Source: Vicinamibacterales bacterium (GTDB taxonomy: Bacteria > Acidobacteriota > Vicinamibacteria > Vicinamibacterales > UBA2999). Taken from it: a stretch of 64,000 nt of DNA. Shown here in pieces: positions 21,297 through 30,828 of this stretch (positions within the stretch are counted from its first letter, which is position 1; each line of letters starts with the position of its first letter). Position numbers and translations under genes: made by a program. Where the stretch lies: the NCBI GenBank assembly GCA_040081265.1, contig JBEBGV010000005.1, positions 40,358-104,357 on the forward strand, read 5' to 3'. The notes beneath the pieces are model-generated. The model saw only the letters and a list, made by a program, of their open reading frames with translations, was not told where the DNA came from and made no database searches.

Positions 21297-22007
21297 ATGT
21301 TCAAACCGATTCTCTTCCTGCACATCGCCGCCGGGTCGGTCGCGCTTGCGTCGATGTGGATCCCGATGCTGTCGCGAAAGGGTGGCAGCCTTCACCGGCG
21401 CGCGGGCTGGGTGTTCGTGGTCGCCATGGCCACCGTGGCTGTCAGCGCTGTCCTGCTGGCCCTCTGGCGCCTGCTCTTTGACCCGCGGCCCGAAGCTCAG
21501 AGCTTTGGGGTGTTTCTCCTCTACATCGCGGTGCTGACGGGCGCAGCCGTGTCCGCCGGTGTGCGCGTCCTGCGCGCGAAGAAGCGGACGGGAGCGCATC
21601 GGCACTGGTGGGACCTCGGCCTCCCAGCGCTCCTTGTCGCATCCAGCGTGGGCATGGCGACGTTCGGCTTCTGGAACGCCCAGCCGATCTTCGCTGCGTT
21701 CTCGCTCATCGGCTTCGTCAACGGGGTCACCAACCTGCGCTACTGGCTGCGACCACCGACCTCGACGCTGCACTGGTGGTTTGCCCACATGAACGGCATG
21801 CTGGGCGGTTGCATTGCTGCGGTCACGGCCTTTGTGGTGGTCAACGCGTCGAGCCTGGGCCTGGCGCCCATCGTGGCGTGGCTGTCACCGTCGGTCATTG
21901 GTGGAATCGGGACAGCGGTATGGACGCGCTACTACCAGCGTCGGTTCGCGCCCGCCGCGGCCCCAGCGGGCGCCGCGGGCCGCGGGCCAATCGTCCACAC
22001 GGCATAG
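21297..22007 (+). CDS. DUF2306-like membrane protein
   Basis: LHIAAG, KGGSLHRRAGW, HMNGMLGGCIAAVTAF; multiple TM helices. Confidence 0.8.
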   Translation: MFKPILFLHIAAGSVALASMWIPMLSRKGGSLHRRAGWVFVVAMATVAVSAVLLALWRLLFDPRPEAQSFGVFLLYIAVLTGAAVSAGVRVLRAKKRTGAHRHWWDLGLPALLVASSVGMATFGFWNAQPIFAAFSLIGFVNGVTNLRYWLRPPTSTLHWWFAHMNGMLGGCIAAVTAFVVVNASSLGLAPIVAWLSPSVIGGIGTAVWTRYYQRRFAPAAAPAGAAGRGPIVHTA

Positions 22008-22017
22008 GGCGATCCCA

Positions 22018-23526
22018 TCATCCCGAGCGGGTTCGGAGGGTCGCGAGCGCGCGCGACCACTCGACGGGGTGGGCGGTCGGGTTCAACAACGGTTCAACCG
22101 GGAGCGTCCAGCCCGCACTCGACGGCGGAGCGGCAAGAAGCGCCGCGTGGACGCGCTGCCCCGCCTCCACGTGCCTCCCGGCCAGGGCGTCCTCGATGCT
22201 CTCCACCACGGCGCTCTCGACATGCGCGCCCAGGACCTTCAGTCGCTGAATCCGCGACTGGAGCGTTGGTCGCACCAGGTCTCCGTCTTCCCGCCCTCCC
22301 ATCGCGCTCAGGGCGGCCAGCGATGAGATGTGTCCGGGCAACCCCTGCACCGCCTGCGAGAACGCATGCGCCGCCGCAGACGTGTCGCCGGCGCGAAGGG
22401 CGAGCGCTCCCCGCGCACACCACGCGTTGGCGACTGCCTCTCGCGAGTACACGTGCCCGGCGGACTCGAACGTCAACTCACGTGCGAAGTGAGACTCGGC
22501 GGCTTCGGCATCCCCACCCACAAGGTGCACGAGACCCAGAAGAAGATGGAGTCCGACGATGCCGAACCTGGCGCCGGCTTCCTGCCGATCCTGGGCCGCA
22601 GTGCCCGCCACGAGCTCCTTTTCAGCCTCGCCAAAGGCCTGACGCGCTACGTACACGGAAGCGGCCAGCCAGTGCGCCATGCCGAGTCCGGGCAGCAGTT
22701 GCAGCGCGCGATACGCGCTGCGCAGACGCTGCTCGCCCCATCCAACATACGAAAGGCGCACGTGATGGCGCCAGTTGTCCGGTTCGAGTTGAGTGGCATG
22801 CCGAGCGGCCGCAACAGCATCGCCGGCCACACCGGATCGCGAGAGTACGAACGCGAGCGTCGCCCAGGCTTCGCCAGAACGCGGGTCAAGGCGGCACGCC
22901 TCCCGTGCGTGCTCGCCCGCTTCAATCACCGCCGGCACATCGGGGGTGTCGCTGGCGCGGCTGGCCTCGAAGGCCATGATCAGGGCGTTGGCAAGTCCGA
23001 CGTGGCCGGGGGCGTAGTCCGGCGAAGCGCTGACCACGCGTGCAAAGGCGTCTCTGGCACGATCAACCTGATCCCGCGCAAGCGTTTCGACCGCGGCTCG
23101 ACCTTCGACAAACGCCAGGTGCGGTTCGAGCAGGGCGTCGAGCGCCGAGTCGGACTGCCGAGCCACGGCGCGACTGACGGGAGCGCAGAACCGGTAGCCT
23201 CGCCTGGGGACGGTTTCGATGTAGGGCCCGCCGTCGGCCATCGGGCCGAGAACCCGCCGAAGGCTCGAGATCGCCTGCTCGACGCTGTTGTCGCCGACAG
23301 CCACGTCTTTCCATGCCGCGTCGATGAGGACTTCTTTCGGAATGGTCTGGCCGGCCTGTGACACCAGCAGCGACAGGATCTCGAGGTGCCGTTCAGACAA
23401 GCCGAGCCGCTCGGACGCCCGAACGAGCCGTCGCTCGCCGGTGTCGAGCCGGAAGGGCCCGAACAGATAGCTGACGGCGCTAGGTTGCTGAGTCAACCCA
23501 GTCCACGACGAGGTTTCGAAAGTCAT
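22018..23526 (-). CDS. Winged-helix (OmpR/CadC-type) plus TPR transcriptional regulator
   Basis: FGPFRLD, LIDAAW, VEQAISSLRRVLG, IETVPRRGYRF; TPR-like helices. Confidence 0.9.
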   Translation of the reverse strand: MTFETSSWTGLTQQPSAVSYLFGPFRLDTGERRLVRASERLGLSERHLEILSLLVSQAGQTIPKEVLIDAAWKDVAVGDNSVEQAISSLRRVLGPMADGGPYIETVPRRGYRFCAPVSRAVARQSDSALDALLEPHLAFVEGRAAVETLARDQVDRARDAFARVVSASPDYAPGHVGLANALIMAFEASRASDTPDVPAVIEAGEHAREACRLDPRSGEAWATLAFVLSRSGVAGDAVAAARHATQLEPDNWRHHVRLSYVGWGEQRLRSAYRALQLLPGLGMAHWLAASVYVARQAFGEAEKELVAGTAAQDRQEAGARFGIVGLHLLLGLVHLVGGDAEAAESHFARELTFESAGHVYSREAVANAWCARGALALRAGDTSAAAHAFSQAVQGLPGHISSLAALSAMGGREDGDLVRPTLQSRIQRLKVLGAHVESAVVESIEDALAGRHVEAGQRVHAALLAAPPSSAGWTLPVEPLLNPTAHPVEWSRALATLRTRSG

Positions 23527-24277
23527 CCGCCAGCTCGATGGCGCTCATATGCGCACTGTTCAGCGTCTTCAACCGTGCGCCCGGAATTGCGGTCACGATC
23601 AGCTCGGCGTCTGCACGCGGGGTGGAAGGATCCCGCTCGCCGGCCAGGACCAGTGTGGGTGCCGTGATGCCAGGCAACGCGCTGCGCAGGTCGGTGTCCC
23701 TGAGCACCGCGCAGCATCCGAGATAGCCCGCAGACGGACAGGCGGCGATCATCTGCCTGCAGCGATTCGCTTCAACTGGATGGGACTGCACGAACTCTGG
23801 GGTAAACCATGTGCCCATCGCGAGTTCGGCAACGGCTCCAACGCCGCGTTCACGCACCAGGGCGCGGCGCTCCTCCCATCGCTCGACCGTTCCAACACGA
23901 GCCGCACTCTGTGCGATGAACAACGATCGGACCTGGGCCCTGGCATGCACACCCATCCACATCGTCACGAGCCCACCGATGGAGATCCCGACCACATGCG
24001 CCGTGCTCACACCGGCCGCCGCGAGAACCGCGAGCGCATCCGACCCAAGGTCCTCGATGGTGTAGTCACCCGCCGGGCCGCCATTCGGGCCGTGGCCGCG
24101 CAGGTCGAACCTGATCACCTTGAAGCGATCGCGTAGAGCGCCGGCCAGGCCGTCCCAGAACTCGAGTGACACCCCGAGCGGATGAATCAGCAGAATCGGA
24201 GGGCCGTCGGACGGCCCCTCAACCATGAACCGGATCGTTCCGTGCGGCAGGTCGGCGTGCTGCATCACGTCGGGCAT
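23480..24277 (-). CDS. pcaD: Alpha/beta hydrolase, 3-oxoadipate enol-lactonase-like
   Basis: DLRGHG, GISIGG nucleophile elbow, [17 protein letters not shown] catalytic His. Confidence 0.7.
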   Translation of the reverse strand: MPDVMQHADLPHGTIRFMVEGPSDGPPILLIHPLGVSLEFWDGLAGALRDRFKVIRFDLRGHGPNGGPAGDYTIEDLGSDALAVLAAAGVSTAHVVGISIGGLVTMWMGVHARAQVRSLFIAQSAARVGTVERWEERRALVRERGVGAVAELAMGTWFTPEFVQSHPVEANRCRQMIAACPSAGYLGCCAVLRDTDLRSALPGITAPTLVLAGERDPSTPRADAELIVTAIPGARLKTLNSAHMSAIELADDFRNLVVDWVDSAT

Positions 24278-24361
24278 CTTGCACCAATTGCGTCACGCCC
24301 GGCTACCTGCGACTGCCAGTTGACAGCACCCCCTGGAAACCGTTCGACTGGTGAGACTTCT

Positions 24362-26170
24362 ATGACTGCGCCGGATCCTGTTCGTGATCCCCAACGTCTG
24401 ACCGCAGCGCTGCGGCTGGTCCTCCGGCGCTACTTCGCGCAGTTGCGCCGATGGCCGTGGCTGGCATCGGGGGCGATCCTCCTGCCGGCGCTCGCCGAGG
24501 TGATGAACTTCTACGCCCCGCCACTGGTAATCGCCAGGCTGCTCGGCCGCTTTGCGCGCAACGAAACGCTGACCGCGTCGGACCTCGTGCCGTACGTGGT
24601 CACCTTCGCTGGACTGTGGCTGGGCAGCCAGATCTTCTGGCGCATCGCGGTCGCCTGCCTCGCGCGGATCGAGATCAAGGGACTGCAGGCGCTCTATCTC
24701 GAGGCCATGGATGAACTGCTGGCCAAGGACCTGGCATTCTTCCAGAACAATTATGCGGGCTCGCTGACCAAGCGCGCGCTCGGCTACGCCCGTCGATTCG
24801 AGGACGTGTTCGACGTGCTGGCGTTCCAGCTGGCGCCAACGCTGCTCCCGCTGGTCTTTGTGTCCGTCGTCCTCGCCACCTACTCAATCTGGCTCGTCGT
24901 CGGCCTCCTCGCGATGCTGGCCGCGACCTTGTTGATGGTGATTCCGCTCATCCGCCGGCGGCGCGCTCTCGTAGACCTGCGTGAACAGGCCTCCAATGTG
25001 ATGGCTGGGCACCTCGCCGACTCGATCAGCAACGCCGAAGCGGTGCGTGCGTTCGCCCGCGAGGACGACGAGGCCCGGATTCACGCCGACAACGTCGGCG
25101 ACTACGGCCGCAAGACGCTGCGGTCGTGGGACTATCAGAACCTCCGTGTCGACATGGTGACCTCGCCCATGTTCGTACTGACCAACACGCTCGGACTGGT
25201 CATCGCACTGGCGACGCGCGGAGATTCGCGAAGCAGCCTCGAGACGGTGTTCATCACGTTCAGCTATTACTCCACGGCAACCCAGATCATGTGGGAGTTC
25301 AACCGCGTCTACCGCAACCTGGAGGGCGCGCTGACCGACGCCGCGCAGTTCGGCGAACTGCTGCTCGACCCACCGTCGGTGGCTGACCCTGAGCCCGCCG
25401 AGGTCTTCACACCATCCGACTTCAGCGTGGTGCTGCGCGACGTCAGTTTCAGATACTCCGCGTCACAGCCGCTCCTGTTCGACCGTCTGTCGCTGACCAT
25501 CCCTCCGGGCACGCGAATTGGCCTGGTCGGGCGTTCGGGTGGCGGGAAGACATCGCTGACGCGACTGCTCCTGAGGTTTTCGGATGTCGAGGCTGGCGAC
25601 ATCCTGATCGGCGGGCAGCCGATCGACCGCGTGCCACAGAGCGCGTTGCGGCGTCTTATCGGATACGTACCGCAGGATCCGTCGATGTTCCACCGTTCGA
25701 TCGCCGACAACATTCGCGTCGGCCGGCCGCACGCCACAGACGCTGAAGTGCTGCGGGCCGCCGAACTGGCCCACGCGGCTGACTTCATCGACGCGCTCCC
25801 TGAGGGCTACCACACGCTCGTCGGCGAGCGGGGCGTGAAGCTGTCAGGGGGACAGCGCCAGCGAATCGCCATCGCCCGCGCCATCCTCAAGGACGCGCCG
25901 ATCCTGATTCTGGACGAAGCGACCAGCTCGCTCGACTCAGAAAGTGAGTCTCTCATTCAGGAAGCGCTGCTGACGCTGCTGGCACATCGCACGGCGATTG
26001 TGATCGCGCATCGGCTCTCAACGGTCCGGCGCATGGACGAGTTGATCATCATGGACGGTGGCGCCATCGTCGAGCGCGGGTCTCACGACGGGCTGCTCTC
26101 AGCAGGTGGCATCTATGCCGCGCTGTGGGCACACCAGTCAGGCGGGTTCCTCGGCGACGACGCAACGTGA
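24362..26170 (+). CDS. ABC exporter, fused permease and ATPase
   Basis: TM domain plus [37 protein letters not shown]. Confidence 0.95.
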   Translation: MTAPDPVRDPQRLTAALRLVLRRYFAQLRRWPWLASGAILLPALAEVMNFYAPPLVIARLLGRFARNETLTASDLVPYVVTFAGLWLGSQIFWRIAVACLARIEIKGLQALYLEAMDELLAKDLAFFQNNYAGSLTKRALGYARRFEDVFDVLAFQLAPTLLPLVFVSVVLATYSIWLVVGLLAMLAATLLMVIPLIRRRRALVDLREQASNVMAGHLADSISNAEAVRAFAREDDEARIHADNVGDYGRKTLRSWDYQNLRVDMVTSPMFVLTNTLGLVIALATRGDSRSSLETVFITFSYYSTATQIMWEFNRVYRNLEGALTDAAQFGELLLDPPSVADPEPAEVFTPSDFSVVLRDVSFRYSASQPLLFDRLSLTIPPGTRIGLVGRSGGGKTSLTRLLLRFSDVEAGDILIGGQPIDRVPQSALRRLIGYVPQDPSMFHRSIADNIRVGRPHATDAEVLRAAELAHAADFIDALPEGYHTLVGERGVKLSGGQRQRIAIARAILKDAPILILDEATSSLDSESESLIQEALLTLLAHRTAIVIAHRLSTVRRMDELIIMDGGAIVERGSHDGLLSAGGIYAALWAHQSGGFLGDDAT

Positions 26171-26171
26171 C

Positions 26172-26474
26172 TTATAGCGGCGCCGCATTCGGCGCCGCAT
26201 CACGCTCGTTGAGCCACAGATAGAAGGGCAGGCCGAAACACAGCCCGCCAATGATGGAGAGCGCCACAAACCACGGCCATCGGTACCGGCCGGCGGGATG
26301 CGTCGCGAATCGCACCGCCAGCACGAACAGTGTGAGGAAGGCGTCGATGATGAACGCCAGGGCGAGGTGGTTCGCGCCAATCGCCGCCCAGCCCGGGAAC
26401 TCAAACAGCAGCCAGTAACAAAACAGGCCGTTTCCACACACAAATCCGACGACCGCCACAACCAGCAACCACAT
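26172..26474 (-). CDS. Small membrane protein (DUF2834-like)
   Basis: Three TM helices; GLPFYLW C-terminal motif. Confidence 0.65.
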   Translation of the reverse strand: MWLLVVAVVGFVCGNGLFCYWLLFEFPGWAAIGANHLALAFIIDAFLTLFVLAVRFATHPAGRYRWPWFVALSIIGGLCFGLPFYLWLNERDAAPNAAPL

Positions 26475-26507
26475 CGACAGCTCCCGGGACGACCAGCGTC
26501 TGGCCGG

Positions 26508-27248
26508 CTACGCCGTCAGAACGACCGGGCCGCGAGTCGTGATGACGACGGTGTTCTCATAGTGGGCGGCGAGGCCGCCATCGCGTGTGCGGATTGTCCA
26601 TCCGTCCAGCGACTCGACCACTTCTCCGCTGCCCACCGTGACCATCGGCTCGATGGCGAGCACAAGGCCATCGGTCAGGACATCGTTCTGGCCGGGATCG
26701 AAAAAGTTGGGGACGTTCGGAGGTTCATGAATCGTTCGTCCCACGCCGTGTCCCGCCAGCCCGCGAACAACCGAGAAGCCAGCGCGTTTGACGTCGGCCT
26801 CGACCGCGCGGCCGATGCTACTGACCCTGGCACCCACCGTTGCGACCCTGATGGCGGCGCGAAAGGCAGACTCGGCAGAGGCCCGAAGCCGCTGCGCCAC
26901 AACAGTACCGACACCCACAATGACGGTGCGAGCGGCGTCGGCAACATATCCATCTTTTTCGACGGTCACGTCCAGCTTGACGACATCGCCCATCCGAAGG
27001 GCGCGGTTACCCGGCACGCCATGCACCACCTCATCGTTGATGCTGATGAGCACGGTACCCGGAAAGCCGTAGACCGTTGCTGGAGCTGAGCGGGCACCGT
27101 GCGCGGCAAACACTCCCGCCGCAACACGGTCGAGTGCGCCGGTCGTGATTCCGGAGCGCACGGCGGCCTCGAGTGCGCGCAAGGTCTCGCGCGCAGCGTC
27201 CGCCGCGCCTCGCAACCCTCTCCAGTCAGCGTTTGATCCAATAGACAT
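26508..27248 (-). CDS. map: Type I methionine aminopeptidase
   Basis: SINDEVVHGVP, KLDVTV..DGYVAD, GHGVGRTIHE, IEPM, AAHYENT. Confidence 0.95.
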   Translation of the reverse strand: MSIGSNADWRGLRGAADAARETLRALEAAVRSGITTGALDRVAAGVFAAHGARSAPATVYGFPGTVLISINDEVVHGVPGNRALRMGDVVKLDVTVEKDGYVADAARTVIVGVGTVVAQRLRASAESAFRAAIRVATVGARVSSIGRAVEADVKRAGFSVVRGLAGHGVGRTIHEPPNVPNFFDPGQNDVLTDGLVLAIEPMVTVGSGEVVESLDGWTIRTRDGGLAAHYENTVVITTRGPVVLTA

Positions 27249-27366
27249 GGGTCCCGCGTCGGTCCGCGCGCCGACGAGGCGAGAACGCTACCACGTTGCG
27301 AGGCGGCGGCAAAGCTCGGATCTACCGCCCGGTCGGTACGAACACGTCCGGCAAGGCGTAGTCGTG

Positions 27367-27438
27367 ACGTGCCCGCACGGCCTCGACATCCTCGACCTCG
27401 TACGCCAGATGGTTGAGCCCCGGGGATCCTTGATAGGG
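27367..27438 (-). pseudogene. Fragment of a VOC/glyoxalase-family gene
   Basis: PYQGSPGLNHLAYEVEDVEAVRAR motif with no recognisable N- or C-terminal part. Confidence 0.55.
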
Positions 27439-27450
27439 CGGCGCTGGTGG

Positions 27451-27552
27451 CGACGTGCCGGCGGGTTGCAACGTCGGCGCTTCGCTTCTACGAAGACCGC
27501 GGGCTGCTGCATGCCGAGCGCAGTGATTCGGGCCACCGGCGATACCTGCGCT
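27451..27552 (+). pseudogene. soxR: Fragment of a SoxR/MerR HTH gene
   Basis: RRAG (shifted frame) then VATSALRFYEDRGLLHAERSDSGHRRY; no dimerisation helix or 2Fe-2S cysteines. Confidence 0.65.
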
Positions 27553-27630
27553 CGTCCACGACCGCGCCGCCCACAAGGAAACGGGTCCGCGCGTGTGGGT
27601 CGGCAGCTGTGACTCACCCCGCGTTCGTAC

Positions 27631-27654
27631 GGAGGGCGGACCTTCAGGTCCGCC
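27631..27654 (+). repeat. REP-like hairpin
   Basis: GGAG + GGCGGACC-TTCA-GGTCCGCC, next to the 3' end of the M56 gene. Confidence 0.6.
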
Positions 27655-27655
27655 T

Positions 27656-29356
27656 TTACGGCTTCAGCGTGTAGCGGATCAGAAATCTGAACGGCACGTC
27701 TATCGCCACGCCGCGTACGCGTCCGGGTTCCCAGACTTCCTCCGCCAGCGCCGCCAGCGTCGCCGTCGCCAGGGGCGTTCCCGCGGGAGAGGCTCTCATT
27801 CCGGTCAGAACGCCATCGGTGCTGATCGTGCCCTCGACGACGACGCTCCCTTCGAGAGCAGCGTCGCGGAGTTCAGGTGGGTACAACCCCCTGCCCGGGC
27901 TGTAGTACTCCCAACCCGTGGACGGCCGCGGCGCACTGACCGGATGGTCGAGGCTGTCCTTGCGGTCGGCCTCGAATTCCTTCGCCAAGGAGTCAGGGAC
28001 GATAAGCGCCGCACACTCGGCGCAGATGGTGAACTCTGACACTACGGGTTCGACCTTCATGGTGATGTCCTGCACCAGGGTCTGGCCACGTTCGATGTTG
28101 AACGTCGTGCCGGGGAAGAAGTCGATCGGCGAGACAACGGAAAAGTGCCACGGCGGCAAGCCTTCCACGCGATAGCGTCCAAACCGGTCGGTACGCGTCC
28201 AGGTCCAGTAGCCGCATTCCCTGGCCCCGGGACCGAAACAGTTCGACTCGAAAAGAAGCAGTAGGCCTCCCAGGGGTGCACCAGTGGGGTCGTGCACAAC
28301 GCCAGTGACGCTGCCTCCTCCCTTGACGGGAGCCGGACGTGGCTGGAGTTCTGGCTCCGCTCCGCCCTGGGCAGCGGAGATGCGCAGTGGAGCCATGAAT
28401 ACGGCCACGAGGCACGACACCGCAAGGGCGAGACCTGCCGAGCGGAGACGCACACGACCACGTGCTCGCCTTGAGTCGAGCACCGCCATGACCCGCGCGG
28501 ACAAGTCGGTCTTGCTCGCCATAGCGGTCATCGCCACATCGCCGCCTTGCCGTCGCGCCATCTGCATGAGCATCTCCGCATACGCAACCCGGTCGCCGCT
28601 CACCACTACCGCGTCGTCGCACGCGCGCTCCATATCGAGTCGCAGCCGCCGCCATGCCACCCACGCCAGCGGGTGAAACCAGTAGAGCGCACAGGTGGCG
28701 CGCGCCATGGCGATCACGGCGACGTCCCTCCGGCGCACGTGCTCCAGTTCGTGCACAAGCGCGTGAGTTCGATCTGCGGTGGACCAGCCCTCCGCGTCTG
28801 GGGGGAGCAGCACCACAGGGCGAAGAAGACCGAAGGCCATCGGCATGCGGATTTCGTCGCTGACACGGACGTCGACGCGTGTCAGGGCGTCATCACTGCT
28901 CCACTCACCGGCGTCATCGCCGGACGGCTCCCATCGACGCGCCCGCCGCCGCACACCAGCGGCGTGCCACAGGGACACCCCCAGAGAGACCAGCATCGTG
29001 AGGCTACATGTGAGCCACACCGCTCGCATGGCCGCCGCCCACGTTGTCGCTCGGCCGCTGATGGGCCGTGCCGACGGCCCGTCGACCTCAGCCGGAGCGA
29101 AGCGGATGTCGAGAACTCTCTGCACCGCACGCGCATCAAGGGACGGGCCCGTCGGGTCGGATTGAATGGCGGTCGGCCACGGCACGGCGACCACCGGCAT
29201 CAGCCACGCCGCGATCGGCAGCGTCAGCGCAATGAGAAACCCGGCGGTCAGTACCAGCGTCCGGAACGACGCGGACCGTTCATGCAGAACAGCCACGGCT
29301 GCGAGTGAGACGCCGAACACCAGGGTCGCTTTCGCGATGATCCACGCGTCCATCAT
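27656..29356 (-). CDS. BlaR1-like M56 metallopeptidase with carboxypeptidase-regulatory-like and TonB C-terminal-like domains
   Basis: HELEHVRRRD, YWFHPLAW, ERACDD; GVVHDPTGAPL..TDRFGRY; YPPELRDAALEGSVVVEGTISTDG..WEPG. Confidence 0.85.
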   Translation of the reverse strand: MMDAWIIAKATLVFGVSLAAVAVLHERSASFRTLVLTAGFLIALTLPIAAWLMPVVAVPWPTAIQSDPTGPSLDARAVQRVLDIRFAPAEVDGPSARPISGRATTWAAAMRAVWLTCSLTMLVSLGVSLWHAAGVRRRARRWEPSGDDAGEWSSDDALTRVDVRVSDEIRMPMAFGLLRPVVLLPPDAEGWSTADRTHALVHELEHVRRRDVAVIAMARATCALYWFHPLAWVAWRRLRLDMERACDDAVVVSGDRVAYAEMLMQMARRQGGDVAMTAMASKTDLSARVMAVLDSRRARGRVRLRSAGLALAVSCLVAVFMAPLRISAAQGGAEPELQPRPAPVKGGGSVTGVVHDPTGAPLGGLLLLFESNCFGPGARECGYWTWTRTDRFGRYRVEGLPPWHFSVVSPIDFFPGTTFNIERGQTLVQDITMKVEPVVSEFTICAECAALIVPDSLAKEFEADRKDSLDHPVSAPRPSTGWEYYSPGRGLYPPELRDAALEGSVVVEGTISTDGVLTGMRASPAGTPLATATLAALAEEVWEPGRVRGVAIDVPFRFLIRYTLKP

Positions 29357-29757
29357 GATCGCCGCCTTTCCTTCTTGACCTTCTCGATGTCAGCCGAGAG
29401 CGCATCCAGTTCCTCGTCGGTCCACCGTTCCTGGCGGAGCAGGGTGGCCATCAGCTGGTTGCGCGATCCTTCGAAGAACACGCCGAGGTAGTGCTGCAGC
29501 GCAGCCCGCTTGGCGGATGCCGGGGATGTGGTCGCGGCGTAGATGTACCGCTGGCCATCCTGGATGTGTTTCAGGTGGCCCTTGGCCTCGAGCCTGACCA
29601 GCATCGCTCTGACGGCCGAATAGCTGGGAGGGTTGGTCAGGCGGGCGCGAATGTCTTCAGCGGAGGCCCGGTTGGCCAGGGCAAAGACCGCGTGCATGAT
29701 CTCGCGTTCGCGGCGGCTCAGTTGCTCAGGACCAGGGGGCGAGATTGACTTTGCCAT
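29353..29757 (-). CDS. BlaI/MecI/CopY-family repressor (copy 1)
   Basis: LSRREREIM, PPSYSAVRAML..LEAKG, FFEGS. Confidence 0.92.
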   Translation of the reverse strand: MAKSISPPGPEQLSRREREIMHAVFALANRASAEDIRARLTNPPSYSAVRAMLVRLEAKGHLKHIQDGQRYIYAATTSPASAKRAALQHYLGVFFEGSRNQLMATLLRQERWTDEELDALSADIEKVKKERRRS

Positions 29758-29800
29758 GCTACGTGCGTAGCACGTTACTGCTACACACGTAGCATGTCAA
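29757..29800 (-). promoter_or_regulatory. Sigma70 promoter with two palindromic operators
   Basis: TTGACA (29800-29795), 17 bp, TAACGT (29777-29772); TGCTAC-N4-GTAGCA at 29757-29772 and 29779-29794. Confidence 0.85.
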
Positions 29801-29822
29801 GCCTGGAAAGGACGGACCAGTC

Positions 29823-30749
29823 TCAGCGCACTCTGACTTCCCCGGCACCCGTTGACGCTGACACGAGCGGGCCGCCACCACGCACGGTCCCGCGGACCTC
29901 GTGCCTCGTATTGCGATCGGTCGCGACAACGGCTCGAGCGTCGATGTCTCCGGAGGAGCTTCGTATGTCGGCGTTGAAGCCTGCGGAGTCGGTGGTCTCG
30001 ATGCTGACATCTCCAGAACCCGTGCCAAGGTCCCAGGGCGCCGTGGGTGTACCGGTCACGAGGATTTCGCCGCTGCCGGTGCGCACACGCAGGGCTCCAC
30101 CGGCTCCCTCGACTTCAACGTCACCCGACCCGGTCGTGACCTCTGCCCGGCTGGCGCCGGTCGCCTGCACCAGAACGTCGCCGCTCCCGGTGCTGACGTT
30201 GATGGCGCCGAGTGCCTCCTGCAGTTCGATGTCTCCGGACCCGGTCCGCACGCGGACGTCGCCACCGACACGACCAACGCGAATGTTTCCTGAGCCCAGC
30301 TGTGCGGCGACCGGACCCTTGAGATCGCCGATCACCACATCGCCAGACCCGGTCCGAAGTCGCAGGCTCGTGTCCCTCGGCACGGTCACCAGATAGCTGA
30401 TGCGCACGTTGTTCCAGCGCGGCCAGCGCCCGATGTGAATGTCGTTTCCCGCCTGCTCAATCGGCGGCGCCTTCTGGATCTCGCGGACCCGATCCGCGCC
30501 GTCCTCGCTGTTCCAGAACCGGCGCCCCCCGGCACTCACCCGTCCCTCGACCCGCATCGGCCCGCTGTCCACAGCCCTGATGCTGATCTCGCCGGCTCCC
30601 GTTTCGATCTCGAGCTGGACGGGACCAGTAACCTCGAGGGTCCGACTGAAAGTGCCGGTGGCTCGGTCAGCGCTGCGGGCATCAACGATGCACGCCGAAG
30701 ACACGAGGGCGAGGGCGAGCAGAAAAAGCGACGTGAGCGACCGTCTCAT
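29823..30749 (-). CDS. DUF4097 beta-strand-repeat lipoprotein
   Basis: Lipobox-like SSAC; repeated TGSGD[IV]; GGAGG RBS. Confidence 0.9.
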   Translation of the reverse strand: MRRSLTSLFLLALALVSSACIVDARSADRATGTFSRTLEVTGPVQLEIETGAGEISIRAVDSGPMRVEGRVSAGGRRFWNSEDGADRVREIQKAPPIEQAGNDIHIGRWPRWNNVRISYLVTVPRDTSLRLRTGSGDVVIGDLKGPVAAQLGSGNIRVGRVGGDVRVRTGSGDIELQEALGAINVSTGSGDVLVQATGASRAEVTTGSGDVEVEGAGGALRVRTGSGEILVTGTPTAPWDLGTGSGDVSIETTDSAGFNADIRSSSGDIDARAVVATDRNTRHEVRGTVRGGGPLVSASTGAGEVRVR

Positions 30750-30798
30750 GGGGCCTCCAGGCGCAGGACCGCGTCGGTGGCACGGTCCGGCGCTCTTT

Positions 30799-30824
30799 GA
30801 CGGACCTCCGCGCCGCCAGGTTCC
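30799..30824 (-). promoter_or_regulatory. Putative ECF sigma-factor promoter
   Basis: Minus strand GGAAC-N17-CGTC in the 80-bp gap upstream of the DUF4097 gene. Confidence 0.5.
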
Positions 30825-30828
30825 ACGT

